DNA from: Octopus vulgaris
Taxonomy: Eukaryota
Length of the DNA: 64,000 bases
Direction: 5' to 3'
NCBI GenBank assembly: GCA_951406725.2
Contig: OX597837.1
Coordinates: 6,076,001 to 6,140,000, forward strand
The translations under genes and the position numbers were made by a program. This document shows positions 40,235 to 54,056 of this stretch, piece after piece. Each line of letters opens with the position of its first letter. The first letter of the stretch is position 1. Below the pieces are notes generated by a model. The model worked only from the letters and a program-made list of their open reading frames with translations, made no database searches and was not told where the DNA came from.

Positions 40235-40576
40235 CTATATGTAGAAAAATACAAACTGGGACAAGAACGTAAAACATTTAGAATACGATACAAAAAACAC
40301 GGACGGGACATTCGAAGCCTTCAATCTTCAGTCAAGAACCGGATCATCCTCGCAAGTTCGGCTGATTAATCTTGAGATCGCTCCGATCCAGCCAGCCCCA
40401 AGGAAAAACTAAGCTACGAGCATTAGTTTTCTTGGAAAAAGGATCGAATGTATACGAAACAAGGACAGAAAAACGGTCGATGCCACACGAATATAAATAC
40501 ATCGTGTGGCATCGTCCGTTTTTCTGTCCTTGTTTGTCCCCTCTATGTTTAGCCCCTTGTGGGTAATAAAGAAATA
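40235..40576. mobile_element. Copy of the 7144 element ending in a hairpin fused to a family B SINE tail
   Basis: aaacaaggacagaaaaacgg.cgatgccacacga / tcgtgtggcatcgtccgtttttctgtccttgttt, continuing into gtcccctctatgtttagccccttgtgggtaataaagaaata. Confidence 0.7.
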
Positions 40577-41766
40577 CGATTAAGCGCGTTTTTATCTCGT
40601 CGTCCCAATCTTTACCGTCTTGATCGAAGATTTCTTCATATCTTCTATAGTATGCATCGAAGGGAAATTCTTCGTCTGGTTCGTATTTGAGACGGCGGTC
40701 ATGCTGGCCCCTGCATTCGAGAACTTTTAGTTGAATGACTCGAGCTCAGCATTTTTTCATTTAAGCCTGATACTTATTGTATCGGTCTCGTTTGATGAAT
40801 TGTTAACAAACTAACACCTTTAGTCAAGCAGTTGTGGAAGACAAACAGACACGAAGACACACACACATAAAGATATATATGTATATATATATACGACAGG
40901 CTTCTTTTCAGTTTCCGTCTACCAAATCCATTCACGAGGCTTTGGTTGACCCGTGGCTATAGTGGAAGACACTTGCCCAAGGTGCAGCGCAGTAGGAGTG
41001 AACTCAGAACCATGTGGTTGGTAAGCAAGATTCTTGCCTCGTGTCTTTACGTCTGTGTTTGTCCCCACGCCATCACTTGACAACAGGTGATGGTTTGTTT
41101 ACATCCACATAACCTAGCGGCTCGGAATAAGTACGTGGCTTAACAGAGATACAAGGACTGGCGTCGCTACATTCGACTAAAAAATTCTTCAACTCGGTGC
41201 CCCAGCATGGCCGCAGTCTAATAGGTGAAACAATACAAAATATAAAAGACGTGTGAGCATGCATGCGCGCGCGCGTGTGTGTGCATGAGCGTGTGTGTAT
41301 GTGTGCGTGTGTGTGTGTGTGAGCGCGTGTGTGTGTGTGAGCGTGTGTGCGTGTGTGTGTGTGTGTGAGCTTGTGTAGGTGTGAGCGTGTGTGTGTGTGT
41401 GTGAGCGTGTGTATGTATGTGAGCGTGTATGTGTGTATGTGACCATGCGTGTGTGTGTGTGAGCGTGTGTGTGTGTGTGAGCGTGTGTGTGTGCGTGTGC
41501 ATGTGAGCGCGCGCGTGTGAGCGTGTGTAGCTTTCCTTATATTCCCTAGTAATAAAGATAAAATATTTTATAATTTTATGAGTAGCTCTTAATCATGTTG
41601 GAGTTAACGATGACGTTGATTCATTATTGTAAACAACGATAAAACAAATGACAGGTGACGTTGTTGATATTACTCTAATCAAATCTGAGAGAGTTTATGT
41701 TCTTAGGCACATGATATTAGCTATCTTAAATTATATGGAAATGAATTGTGTCGGTTAAAATCACCT

Positions 41767-41903
<137 letters not shown>

Positions 41904-42848
41904 ACGGGAGTGTGTGTGTATGTGTGTATGTGTATGAGTATGTGTGGAGTGGGGGTAGAGTATATGTTTATATATATGTATATATATATATATGTATATA
42001 TATATATACACACACACATATATATATGTATAAATATATATATATATATATGTATATATATGTTTATATATATGTATATATATATATGTATATATATATA
42101 TGTATATATATATATACACACACACACATATATATATGTATATATATATGTATATATGTATATATACATATACATATATATATACTTACGCATACACACA
42201 CACTCCACATTCACACAGACAGACTCTCCACACACACACTCTACCCCCACTCCACACATACTCATACACATACACACATACACACACACTCCACTCACAC
42301 ACTCCATACACCCCCCCACACACACGCGCAGACTCACACTCCACACACATTCACTCCACACACACGCACTAACACATACAAACACACAACCACACACACA
42401 CATACACACAGAGGCACGCAAACACATATTACTAACCTTTCTCTTATGAAGGTCAAAGGAATTAGTAACTTGTAACGTCAATGTCACTTTTCTTGCCCAC
42501 GGAGATACTAAACATGGATTTTAACCAATTGATTTACAGTTAACAATACGGTTAAAATAGGTTTATTATAGGTGCAAGCGTGGCTGTGTGGTAAGAAGTC
42601 TCCTTCCCAGCCACTTGGTTTCGGATTCAGTCCCACTGCATGACACCATTAGCAAGTGACCTCTACTATAGCTCGGGCCGACTAAAGCCTTGTGAGTGGA
42701 TGTGGTACACAGAAACTGAAAGAATCCTGACGTGTGTGTGCATGTGTGTATTTGAGTCCGTGCATGCCATCCGCCACCGTTTGACAACCGGTGCTGGTGT
42801 GTATACGTCACATGGAAAAAAAAACAGAGAATAAGTACACAAACTTAA

Positions 42849-43238
42849 TCTCTCTCTATATAAAACTGAAGTTGTCTGAGTATGGCAGGTTTGGTAGCCT
42901 TCAACTAACACTATCTCCTCCGAAACCCTGTGGCACAAGTTGACCAAAATTGAGAGTATGATAGAAGAAGGCTTGCTCTTCCTTCCGTAGAAGTAAAAAT
43001 TTAAATCGGACCATGATAACACCAAAAGTTATTTACATCAAGAAGGTGCTTTTTTCTATGAGAATCCCTACTTTTTACGATTTTTGACTGCTGTGTCGTC
43101 ATTTTTCGGTGTATTTCAACCAGAAAAATATTCACTTAAAGAGAATAACATGCTATATAATGCAAAACTTTTACTTTTCAAAAATTCTAATTCTAAAGGG
43201 TCGAAACAAACCCGAGCAACGCCGGGCGATACTGCTAG
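42849..43238 (+). mobile_element. Complete non-autonomous Helitron (390 bp) nested in a family A SINE (42568-43350)
   Basis: A|TC 5' end; subterminal hairpin cccg-agcaacgc-cggg; CTAG|T 3' end; no TSD; SINE sequence resumes on both sides. Confidence 0.85.
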
Positions 43239-44166
43239 TAAAATGATAAAACGATGTCGATTTGTTCGATTAGAAGTTTTCAAGGTGGTGCTCCAGCATT
43301 GCCGCAGTATAATGACTGCAGCAACTGAGAGATAAAAATATAAAAAGTAAAAAGGCTTAGTATACATTAGAACTTATCTAGAAAAAACGTTGGTTAATTG
43401 AACCTCAGTTAATTAAATTATCAACGTCTTTCGGGCAAAGACTGGCCAGTTGATTGAATAGATTAAGTGAGTCATAATTTATTGCTCATTAAGAAAAAAG
43501 CAAACAGCTTTAAGCTTGACCGGTGTATTGTTGCTACTGGGATGCAAGCTAGGTAATGATCAATCCATCAACAGCGGCCGGTTCAACTGGGTGAGAAGGT
43601 CTAATGTTGAAAGACCAGAAACCACCTGAGACCCAAGAAACATTGCGGAAGATGTATCCAACAGCATCTGTGTGTTGTATAAGCACAGTTCAAGGTCAAT
43701 CTCTGCGAAGGGGCTTCACTCTGCGTGCTTTAGCTTCGTTACTATGGCAACATTCCGGATACTTACTGATCAGACCGTGCATTTATATTTATGTACGCGC
43801 ACACACACATACACACGTGCGTCATTGTGTACGTGCTTATAGGAGTAAGTTATCGCCTTTCTACTCATAAGTGACATGTCTGAAGGCACGCGTCTTTTTC
43901 CTTCGCATATTTCATGGTTGAATACTCTGGACTTGCGCTAAATTCTAAAGAATTTAATCGCATGTCATTTTCTGGTGGAATGAGGCTGAATTCTTACGTA
44001 GCTAATTAATCAATGAATTGGATAATTATTAACAATGTTGTTATTTACTCCAACTACCATCATTAAGAATTCGTCATCATCGTCCTCCTCCTCCTCCTCC
44101 TTCTCATCATCATCATCATCACCACCATCATCATCAGCATCATCATCGTCGTGCGTCGTCATCATT

Positions 44167-44210
44167 AAGGCAGCGAGTTGGCGGAATCACTACTGCGCCG
44201 GGCGAAATGC

Positions 44211-44280
<70 letters not shown>

Positions 44281-44282
44281 CC

Positions 44283-44340
<58 letters not shown>

Positions 44341-44366
44341 CATTATTATTATTATCATTATTATCC

Positions 44367-44454
<88 letters not shown>

Positions 44455-44670
44455 GGCAGTGCGCAGGCAGAATGGTTAGCACGCCCCGGGCTAAATGCTT
44501 AGCGGGATTCATTTCGCCCGTCGCTACGTTCTGATTTCAAATTGCGCCGAGGTCGACTTTGCCTTTCATCCTTACGAGATCGATAAATTAAATAACAGTG
44601 AAACACTGGGGTCGATCTAATCGATCCACTCCTTCCCCAAAATGGTTGCCCTTGTGGCAAAATTTGAAAC
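44167..44670 (+). mobile_element. Family B head fragment, (ATT)n and a full B-related SINE
   Basis: Head ends at ...gggcgaaatgctta; ~240 bp of (ATT)n; second copy at 44452-44670. Confidence 0.7.
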
Positions 44671-45338
44671 CATTTTTGTTATTATTTCTGGTGTTGCTGC
44701 GTGTTTTGTTGTTGTCGTTGTTTTTGTTGTTGTTCCCTGTTTCTTCTTGGCTGTTTTTTTGTTGTTGTTGTGGCTATTTTTTAATTATTCGGTGGAGGTG
44801 GGGTCTTGGTCTATTTCTCTCTGTTTACAGTTCGATTCTTTCTTTTAGTAACCATTTTTCTTTTCATTTTATTCCACGTTTTTTAAAATCAACTTGTTTT
44901 TGGATTAATCAAATTTTTATATCTTCTTTTCTTATTTTAATCCCGTATCCAGAAAAACAAAATAAACAAACAAACAAAAAAATAGCAAAAATACAAAAAC
45001 AGATACAAAGAAAAAACTCCAACTAAATGTAAGTCATCCTGAAAGTCTGCAAGATTTCTTCCTTTTTAATTTCTGATTTTATTGATAAAAGTTTTTAAAA
45101 CTTGTTGCTGTTGTTGTTGTTGTTGTCATTGTGGTTGTATTTCTTGTTCATGTCGTTGTTGTTGTAAACGTTTTCTATTTCGATTTTAATTACGAGTCGA
45201 GATTTATATTTCCAGTGGAATGCTATGTAGGTGTAAATGTATGAGCATGTTTTTTACACGAGTGTTTGCATGTGTGTCTATGTATGCAAATGTGTGTGAG
45301 AATGCGTATATATATATTTATGTAAATATATATATATC

Positions 45339-45370
<32 letters not shown>

Positions 45371-45434
45371 ATATAAATATATATATATATATATATATAA
45401 ATATAAATATATATATATATGTATATATATTATA

Positions 45435-45472
<38 letters not shown>

Positions 45473-45762
45473 TGAGTGTATTTTCCCTTGTTAACAATTA
45501 ACACGGAAAAAGTGGATAAATAGTTACCAGGTTAGCAAAAAATCACACAAGTAAAGAGGTTGTAACTCCTTGTTTTTGAAGTTAGAAACTTCGGGTTTAT
45601 GTGGAATATTTTGTATAATATATAAATAAGTAAATGGAGTTTAACGCAGGTATAATTCAAATACTTTTACTTCCGACACATGTTTCGAAGATTTCACTGA
45701 TATTATATAAATATATAGATTTAAATATACTTTATTTAAAAGCAGCAGAAATTCAACAAAAC

Positions 45763-45800
45763 CTGTTACTCGGAGTTTCACGTTCCCGTTCGTCGGACAG
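45763..45800 (-). ncRNA. Minimal hammerhead motif in a Penelope-like fragment (45480-45920)
   Basis: ctgt-CCGACGA-acg-ggaa-cgt-GAAA-CTCCGAG-TA-acag: stems I, II and III all pair; U4 replaced by C. Confidence 0.6.
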
Positions 45801-46524
45801 TTTTGTTAAAATAGAACCGATATGACAATTTTATCAAGACAAGTATAAACGTTACACCTTTAAAAATGGACTTGTTTGATTGCTCCTTTCAAATAACGGT
45901 CATATTCGAGCGATAAACAAAAATGAGCTCAATATAGAATATAAAAAATATATAAAATTATAAAAGTCGAGAAAAAACCTTACATCGAATCTTTGGTTAA
46001 AATATACATTGTCATTAATAAAAAAAATATAATTAATACATAGAAATTGAAATTAAAATATCAAAATGCATTAAAATATTTCACAACAGTACATACTCAT
46101 ATTAGACTATACATATATGCATCAACATACACAGATAGATGAGTGCAGACCACATACATATACAGACATGTAAATGCAAAACGAAAATATATACACAAAT
46201 GCATGTACATATATGTATACGCAATCTAGCTCGCATGCAAAATTCCTAGAGAGTGTTTAGTGTGTGTGTCTTAGTTTATGTATGTAACTTCCTCCCACCA
46301 ACAGTGAAACGCGCCGATATTGAAAGTTTAGTTGCGGCCTGGACTTTAAATGAACAGCAACGTTCACTTTCAAGTACTACCAACATGAAGATTTGACTAA
46401 TTTAACACCACTAACTATACTAGCAAATATATCTGAAAAAAGGAAATGTTATTCTGGTTATTATGACAAATTCGGAAACTTGGAGACGTAGAAAGCCTCA
46501 TCGGCTCTTTTAATATAATTAAAG

Positions 46525-46961
46525 GGATCTTTTCGGTTTGAACGGCAGTTTTTTCTAGCGGTGTCATATGAAATTGTCACCCATAATTATGACCCTAGTA
46601 TCGATCTATTGCATTTCAATCTGTCTTAGGGTTAAAGTTAGTTAGGGTTAGGGTTAGGGGTGGGAGGAAGGGTATCTTTTTTTTTCTTCAGAAATGTAAA
46701 TAAACCCAATCTGTTTCTTAAACGAGCGACATATTCATACGACACAGAATGTTTTTTAACTCAATACACGTCATTGATTGGTTGAAATTGCAGAAATTGA
46801 AGAAAAAAAGAACAGCAAATATTTTACAAACTACAGAATTTTCTCAAAAAAGCCAAGAGAAAAAGATGTTTTATAAACATATTCTACCAGTATATGAAGT
46901 TTAAATTTTTTTAGTTATCTAGAAATTATGTTAAAAACTGCCGTTCAAACTGAAAAGATCC
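46525..46961. mobile_element. MITE (same family as 30981), opposite orientation
   Basis: TIRs; perfect 8-bp TSD aattaaag; internal ttagggttagggttaggg. Confidence 0.9.
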
Positions 46962-47414
46962 AATTAAAGAAATGTTATTGCACTCCTCCTAACCAGTTTC
47001 ATGATAATGTTGTTGTTTTTAACAGACCTTGTATTCCTCCTATGATTCTTCATCACTGTGAGTTTCAACGTCGCTCAACCTTTTTACTGCGTTAGTATTT
47101 ATTTATTCTGCAGTCTATAACGTTACACAGTTAAAAAAATATATATAGTAATGTCAAATTCATTTATGTCTTGCTACATACGTCCTTCAGCAAATATTTT
47201 ACATTAACGCCCACAACAAAAGCATCTTCCTTCCTATACACTTGGTTCAGCGTTCATGTCAAAATTGTAAATTAAATTATTTTTGTATGAAAAATTGAAT
47301 TACGCCTTCTGAATTTTCTTGGACTTTCACTTTCTTCACCGTGACATTCATTCAATCGTGAATTTTATAACATTTAGTACATGTTCCAAATAAATGTTGA
47401 CGTTCTGTACTTTC

Positions 47415-47846
47415 GGATCTTTTCGGTTTGACGAGCAGTTTTTTAACATAATTTCTAGGTAACTAAAATATTTTAAACTTCGTATACTGGTAGAATGTGT
47501 TTATAAAACATCTTTTTCTCTTGGCTTTATTGAGAATATTATATAGTTTGTTAAAAAAAATATTTGTCGTCTTTTTTCTTCAATTTCTGCAATTTCAACC
47601 AATCAATTACGTCTATTGAGGTAAGAAACATTCTGTGCCGTATGAATATGTCCCTCGTTTAAGAAACAGATTGGGTTTATTTACATTTGTGAAGAAAAAA
47701 AGACACCCATCCCCCACCCCTAACCCTAACTAACCCTAACCCTAAAACAGATACAAATGGAATAGATCGACACTAGGGTCATAATTATGGGTGACAATTT
47801 CATATGACACCACTAGAAAAAACTGCCGGTCAAACCGAAAAGATTC
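47415..47846. mobile_element. MITE (same family as 30981)
   Basis: TIRs; degenerate TSD gtactttc/gtattttt. Confidence 0.88.
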
Positions 47847-48011
47847 GTATTTTTCTTACAGTGACGCATAGTCACGTTTTATCAAATTGGTAACTTTCTA
47901 TTTTTTTATAGCGTAACAATGCTACAGAAAGTATGTTTTGCACCTGTATCGACTACATTTCGTTTCGCTTGAACTTCGTGTGTCTACGTTTTGCTGTTTT
48001 CAATATAATCA

Positions 48012-48245
48012 ATTCTGGTCATGTTATGCGGAGAAAATCCCTGGAGAAGGACATCATGCTCGGAATGGTCAGTGGCAAGACAGGAAGAGGCCGACCAAGA
48101 ACCCGTTGGCTTGTCACCATCAAGAGTGATACCGGAATGGACATAGCCAATCTGAAAGAAGCGGCCCAGGATAGAACTGACTGGAGGACACTCATCCATC
48201 GAGTAACCGAGAGTCGACTTCGACTGAGCGGATAGATAGATAGAG
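48012..48245 (+). pseudogene. RTE (BovB-like) LINE 3' end with (GATA)n tail
   Basis: GHVMRRKSLEKDIMLGMVSGKTGRGRPRTRW...LKEAAQDRTDWRTLIHRVTESRLRL*. Confidence 0.88.
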
Positions 48246-48339
48246 ATGAGTGAGTATGCGTCTGTGAGTGTGTGTGTGTGTGTGTGTGTGTGCTTCTGCG
48301 TTTGTTACGTCTATAGTAAACTATAGTAAAGAACATTTT

Positions 48340-48645
48340 ACGCTGTTTTAATGAGCCCACATCTAATGAAGTAGCCATCCTTATGGTTGGTGATCCCTAT
48401 GAAAATCATGATATTCTCATTCCAGTTCGAGATAGCAACCTTAAACGTGTTCCACAGCCTCATCCCTCTTATGATGCTCACCAGTATCCTCTTATTCTGT
48501 GAATAGACAAGATCGGTATCGCTTCAATCGTCCACGGATTGAACCTGCGACAGGAGAGCCGATTACAAACAAAAAGGTATCGTCAAATGACTACTATTCT
48601 TTTCAACTGATGATAAGACCAGAACAATCAAATCAATTACACATA
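48340..48645 (+). pseudogene. Helitron Rep/helicase coding fragment
   Basis: FNEPTSNEVAILMVG...HDILI...LKRV..PHPSYDAHQYPLIL, then frameshifted KKVSSNDYYSFQLMIR; matches the Helitron N-terminal N.PT..EVA...SYD.LQYPL.F motifs. Confidence 0.85.
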
Positions 48646-49008
48646 TCAAATAAACTTTATTTTAATTTGCTGATTTTTAACGTTATCTCAACAACCAGCT
48701 ACAGTTATTTCAAAAATGCTTCTCTATAATGATCAGGTTTCATTAGCAAATGAAAATATAGTTTCATACTTTCAGTTGAACCAAAATTACAAAGAGTTGC
48801 ACTTACGAGAGTGACGATGTGTGAATAATGAAATTAATGCTTGACAGCCGACGTTGGTGTAATTACGTTCTCGTAACTTAGGAGTTCGGCAAACAGGCTG
48901 ATAGAATAAATATCAGGCTTACAAAGAATAAGTCCCTGCCGCAGTCAAATGGGTGAAGCAAGTAAGAGAATATAAAAATAAAAGAATATATGTGTGTGTG
49001 TGTGTATT

Positions 49009-49082
<74 letters not shown>

Positions 49083-49188
49083 CATACATATAGATACACA
49101 TATATTATACATATATATATTCATAAACGTATTGATGTATATCTATATCTATACATAAATATATACATACATACATACACACACACAC

Positions 49189-49226
<38 letters not shown>

Positions 49227-49231
49227 ATGAA

Positions 49232-49819
49232 TAGTAAAATAGAAGGACGACCTGGACAATGTTTATACCTTAGCCGTCCAGTAGCTTTGTACTTCTAACT
49301 TACTTTGGCAACTGTGTTTACGCTAATATGTATTCGTTTGCTAATTGGCTTGTTCCCTAAACCATTCTCTTGCAAATTTGAAACAATTTTCTTAAAAATC
49401 TTCCGACAATTCTTTTCCTCCTGGTGCCACTTCAATCACAATGAAACATATTTTCACCACGGTACACAAATCAGAATTCCTGCAGATGCAATAACAAAAA
49501 CCGGTGCAAAAATGCCAGGAGAAATAATTTATTAGAACTGAAATTATCAGCAATATTTGAATTAAGTAAAAACAGTGGTTGAAATATTGAATATAGCAAA
49601 GTTCCTTCAGGGTGTACATTTATTTGTATCGCTTGAAAATTAATATTTTGTTCATATCTTTGACAATGTTTATTGTTTTGTGTTCCAAATTTGTATAATG
49701 CTTGCATGTATATTATATTTTATTCAGTATAAATCTCGTTTGAATTCCTTCGATATCATCAGAGTAATGGTAATTTTACTGAAAATTTTTAGGGGTGCAC
49801 TTACTTCTGTGGGATACTG
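49232..49819 (-). mobile_element. Tc1 transposon left end and transposase N-terminus
   Basis: TIR-like cagtatcccacagaagtaagtgcacccc at 49819; APGGKELSEDF/KKIV...GLGNKPISKRIHISVNTVAK...PGRP. Confidence 0.8.
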
Positions 49820-49820
49820 C

Positions 49821-49857
<37 letters not shown>

Positions 49858-50095
49858 GGCTGGACTTCACAACCTAATGTTCTTAAAATTTAATTCTACA
49901 TCTTTATCTGTATATCTACCTTCTCTAAAATGTTACTACTTGATTTGAAAGCTTTTGTATTACTGGAAAACCTATTTAATTGGCTGAAGAGCACTCAACA
50001 TCTTAAATCTGCTGTAATACTTAAAATTTTAATAAAATGTTGTAGTGCGAAACAATTGGACCAAATTACCGGAGTCATTCTTGCTGCTTATTTTT

Positions 50096-50145
<50 letters not shown>

Positions 50146-50327
50146 TATAGATAATCTAAAAGAAGACGAAAAAACCTATAGCGACATGGCAGATGACCAA
50201 AGCCAATCTACGACAGAATAAAGGTAAGACTACTGGAGAACGATAGTGACATTATTTGCAACCTTAAAGAGGTTGATCGAGGGAAATTGAACCAAGAAAC
50301 GAAAAATGTCAATGAAATTCTGAAATA

Positions 50328-50397
<70 letters not shown>

Positions 50398-50435
50398 GTT
50401 GTTGTTGTTGTTGTTGTTGTTGTTACTACTACTAC

Positions 50436-50479
<44 letters not shown>

Positions 50480-50503
50480 TTATTATTATTACTATTATTG
50501 TTC

Positions 50504-50547
<44 letters not shown>

Positions 50548-50602
50548 GTTATTATTATTATTATCATTATTATTATTACTATTATTATTACTATTATTAT
50601 TA

Positions 50603-50704
<102 letters not shown>

Positions 50705-51131
50705 GATTATTCTGGAAGCTGAAAATTAAAATTAAAAGAAAGCAACGACACTATTATGATGATGGAATTGCAGGAAAAAATAGAAGTTCAGAATTAAGGA
50801 ATTAACCATAGTGTCTTTGAGACTCAGAAATATCATTAGGTGACTGAAACGGACAAATAGGCTTAAGACGAAGATAAAGATAAAGAAAGGATAAAAGGGA
50901 AAAAAAGAAAGTAAAAGTAAATATCGCACACACACCCACGCACACATACAAACACACACACACACACACACATATATGGCTTTTGTATTTAAATAGTGCT
51001 GGGTTGTTGGAAAAGGACCAGCATCATTGAAACAGCCATTTATACATTTATATGTGTACAAACACACACACTCACGCACACACAATCATATACAGATAGA
51101 TACGCACACACGTGTGTATATATACATATAT

Positions 51132-51178
<47 letters not shown>

Positions 51179-51272
51179 TATACGCACACAGATATATACA
51201 TATATATACGCATATATACACATATGTATATATATGTATATGTATATATGTTTATATATATGTATATGTATA

Positions 51273-51312
<40 letters not shown>

Positions 51313-51377
51313 TATATATTTTCATTTAGAGATGGTAGGCCCCCTATATGTATGTATGTAGAAATATACATACACAG

Positions 51378-51410
<33 letters not shown>

Positions 51411-51411
51411 C

Positions 51412-51476
<65 letters not shown>

Positions 51477-51587
51477 TATATATATACCAGAATAAAGATA
51501 TATACATTCATATTATAATCTACGTGAATTCATACACACACATATGTATCTATAATAGCTATGTCTCTCTTGCATACATATATACCT

Positions 51588-51635
<48 letters not shown>

Positions 51636-51902
51636 GTAGGCGTATACATATGTGTATGTATAATGTCTGCCTCTGTGTGCTTGTGTCTGTCCTCACATAG
51701 ATATATAAGTCACTAAGTCTCTATCGTGAATGGTATTTCTCGCTTCGTACTGTCTTTTAGAGTTTCCTGCAATAATGATCTGTAAAAATATGACTGCCTA
51801 AACGCTTAGATTCGATGCTCCAGTATGACCATACGTGCGCGTTTCTATGTACGTATGTATACATATATGTCTGCTTGTCTGTCTGTGCTGTGCCTCTGTT
51901 TA

Positions 51903-51953
<51 letters not shown>

Positions 51954-52109
51954 ACATACATATCATAACTGCATACGTTCACACGCACAACTACACAGAC
52001 ACACACACAGGCACACACATATACGTATGTATTTTAATAGTTATGTCCCTCTAGATATGTATATAACTCCTTGCATACATATATACGTATATATATATAT
52101 GAATGTGTT

Positions 52110-52211
<102 letters not shown>

Positions 52212-52222
52212 AATATGTATAG

Positions 52223-52258
<36 letters not shown>

Positions 52259-52418
52259 ATGGTTATACATACATACATACATTCAGACATTATATATATA
52301 TACATTTACATATACATATACATACATATATGTACATATATTTATGCATTGGAATTTATCTGTACGTAAAAGTTTGAATGAAGGCGCGAATTCTTGTATA
52401 TACATATATATATGTATG

Positions 52419-52510
<92 letters not shown>

Positions 52511-53077
52511 TCTGTAATGCGTGCATATATATATTTACACACGTACTTATGGAAGTGAGTGTTTATAAAAATAAAAGGCAAACCATCGACAAACAAAAAC
52601 TCCCGAGTTGCTTGAAAGGAAATCTTATCTCAACACACAACGTCCTCACACAGTCACGTGACCAATGTTTTGACACTTAAAAGGCCGACATATTTGTTTT
52701 TTATTGTTGATTCTGCTTAAAGCTTCTTTTTAGTTATATCTCTCGTTTCTGGCTAATAGGATTTAGTGAAAGTCTCTGGAAAGGTCTGAGTGTCTTTAGG
52801 AAACAGAAACAAACGCAAAAGAGATAAAAAGAAAACTACAAAAACAGGAAAAAAAACAGAAAACAATTATAAAACAAGACAAGTACAGAAGAGAAGGTGA
52901 TAAAACGAAACGCAGAAATATCAAGTGTGAGAAAGTTTTTGGTGGTTATCTACAACGCTAAAAATAGCCATCTAATATACCTCAAATCGCACAGAGGTGT
53001 CCTTTAACACGGTTTCTACGCGTTAGTTAGACCTGCTAAAAATAGTAGCCATATCTGCCGTGAATCATAGCCTTACA

Positions 53078-53287
53078 TACTCTTTACTCTTTTACTCTTT
53101 TACTTGTTTCAGTCATTTTGACTGCGGCCATGCTGGAGCACCACCTTTAGTCGAGCAAATCGACCCCGGGACTTATTCTTTGTAAGCCCAGTACTTATTC
53201 TATCGGTCTCTTTTTCCGAACCGCTAAGTAACGGGGACATAAACACACCAACATCGGTTGTCAAGCAATGCTAGGGAGACAAACACA

Positions 53288-53374
<87 letters not shown>

Positions 53375-53995
53375 GACGGGCTTCTTTCAATTTCCGTCTA
53401 CCAAATCCACTCACAAGGCTTTGGTCGGCCTGAGGCTATAGTAGAAGACACTTGCCCAAGGTGCCACGCAGTGGGACTGAAACCGGAGCCATGGGGTTGG
53501 TAAACAAGCTACTTACTACACAGCCACTCCTGCGCTGTATGTATGTATGTTGTTATTTTGTTTTATTTCTAGATTTCATAACTCCGGAGAAAGACTCGAT
53601 TTGTAACATACACCGAAGCGTCCTTCTATGGATTTTAGCATCAACAGGTTTATCGTACGCGAATATGTGTGTATGTACAAGTATTCGTACTCAGTACATG
53701 AGCAGATTTGCAAATGTTCTTTTATGTATAGCCATCGTCTACACACGTACATATGCTCGTATACTCTCTTTTACTCTTTTACTTGTTTCAGTCATTTGAC
53801 TGCGGCCATGCTGGAGCACCGCCTTTAGTCGAGCAATTCGATTCCAGGACTTATTCTTTGTAAGCCTAGTACTTATTCTATCGGCTTCTTTTGCCGACCG
53901 TTAAGTTACGGGGACGTAAACACACCAGCATCGCTTGTCAATCGATGTTGTAGGAAAACACACACAAACTTATACACACACACACACACACACAT

Positions 53996-54056
<61 letters not shown>

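Noticed and set aside
46625-46660. Interstitial telomere or chromosome fusion site
   Set aside because: The TTAGGG repeats are an internal part of a MITE present three times in the window.
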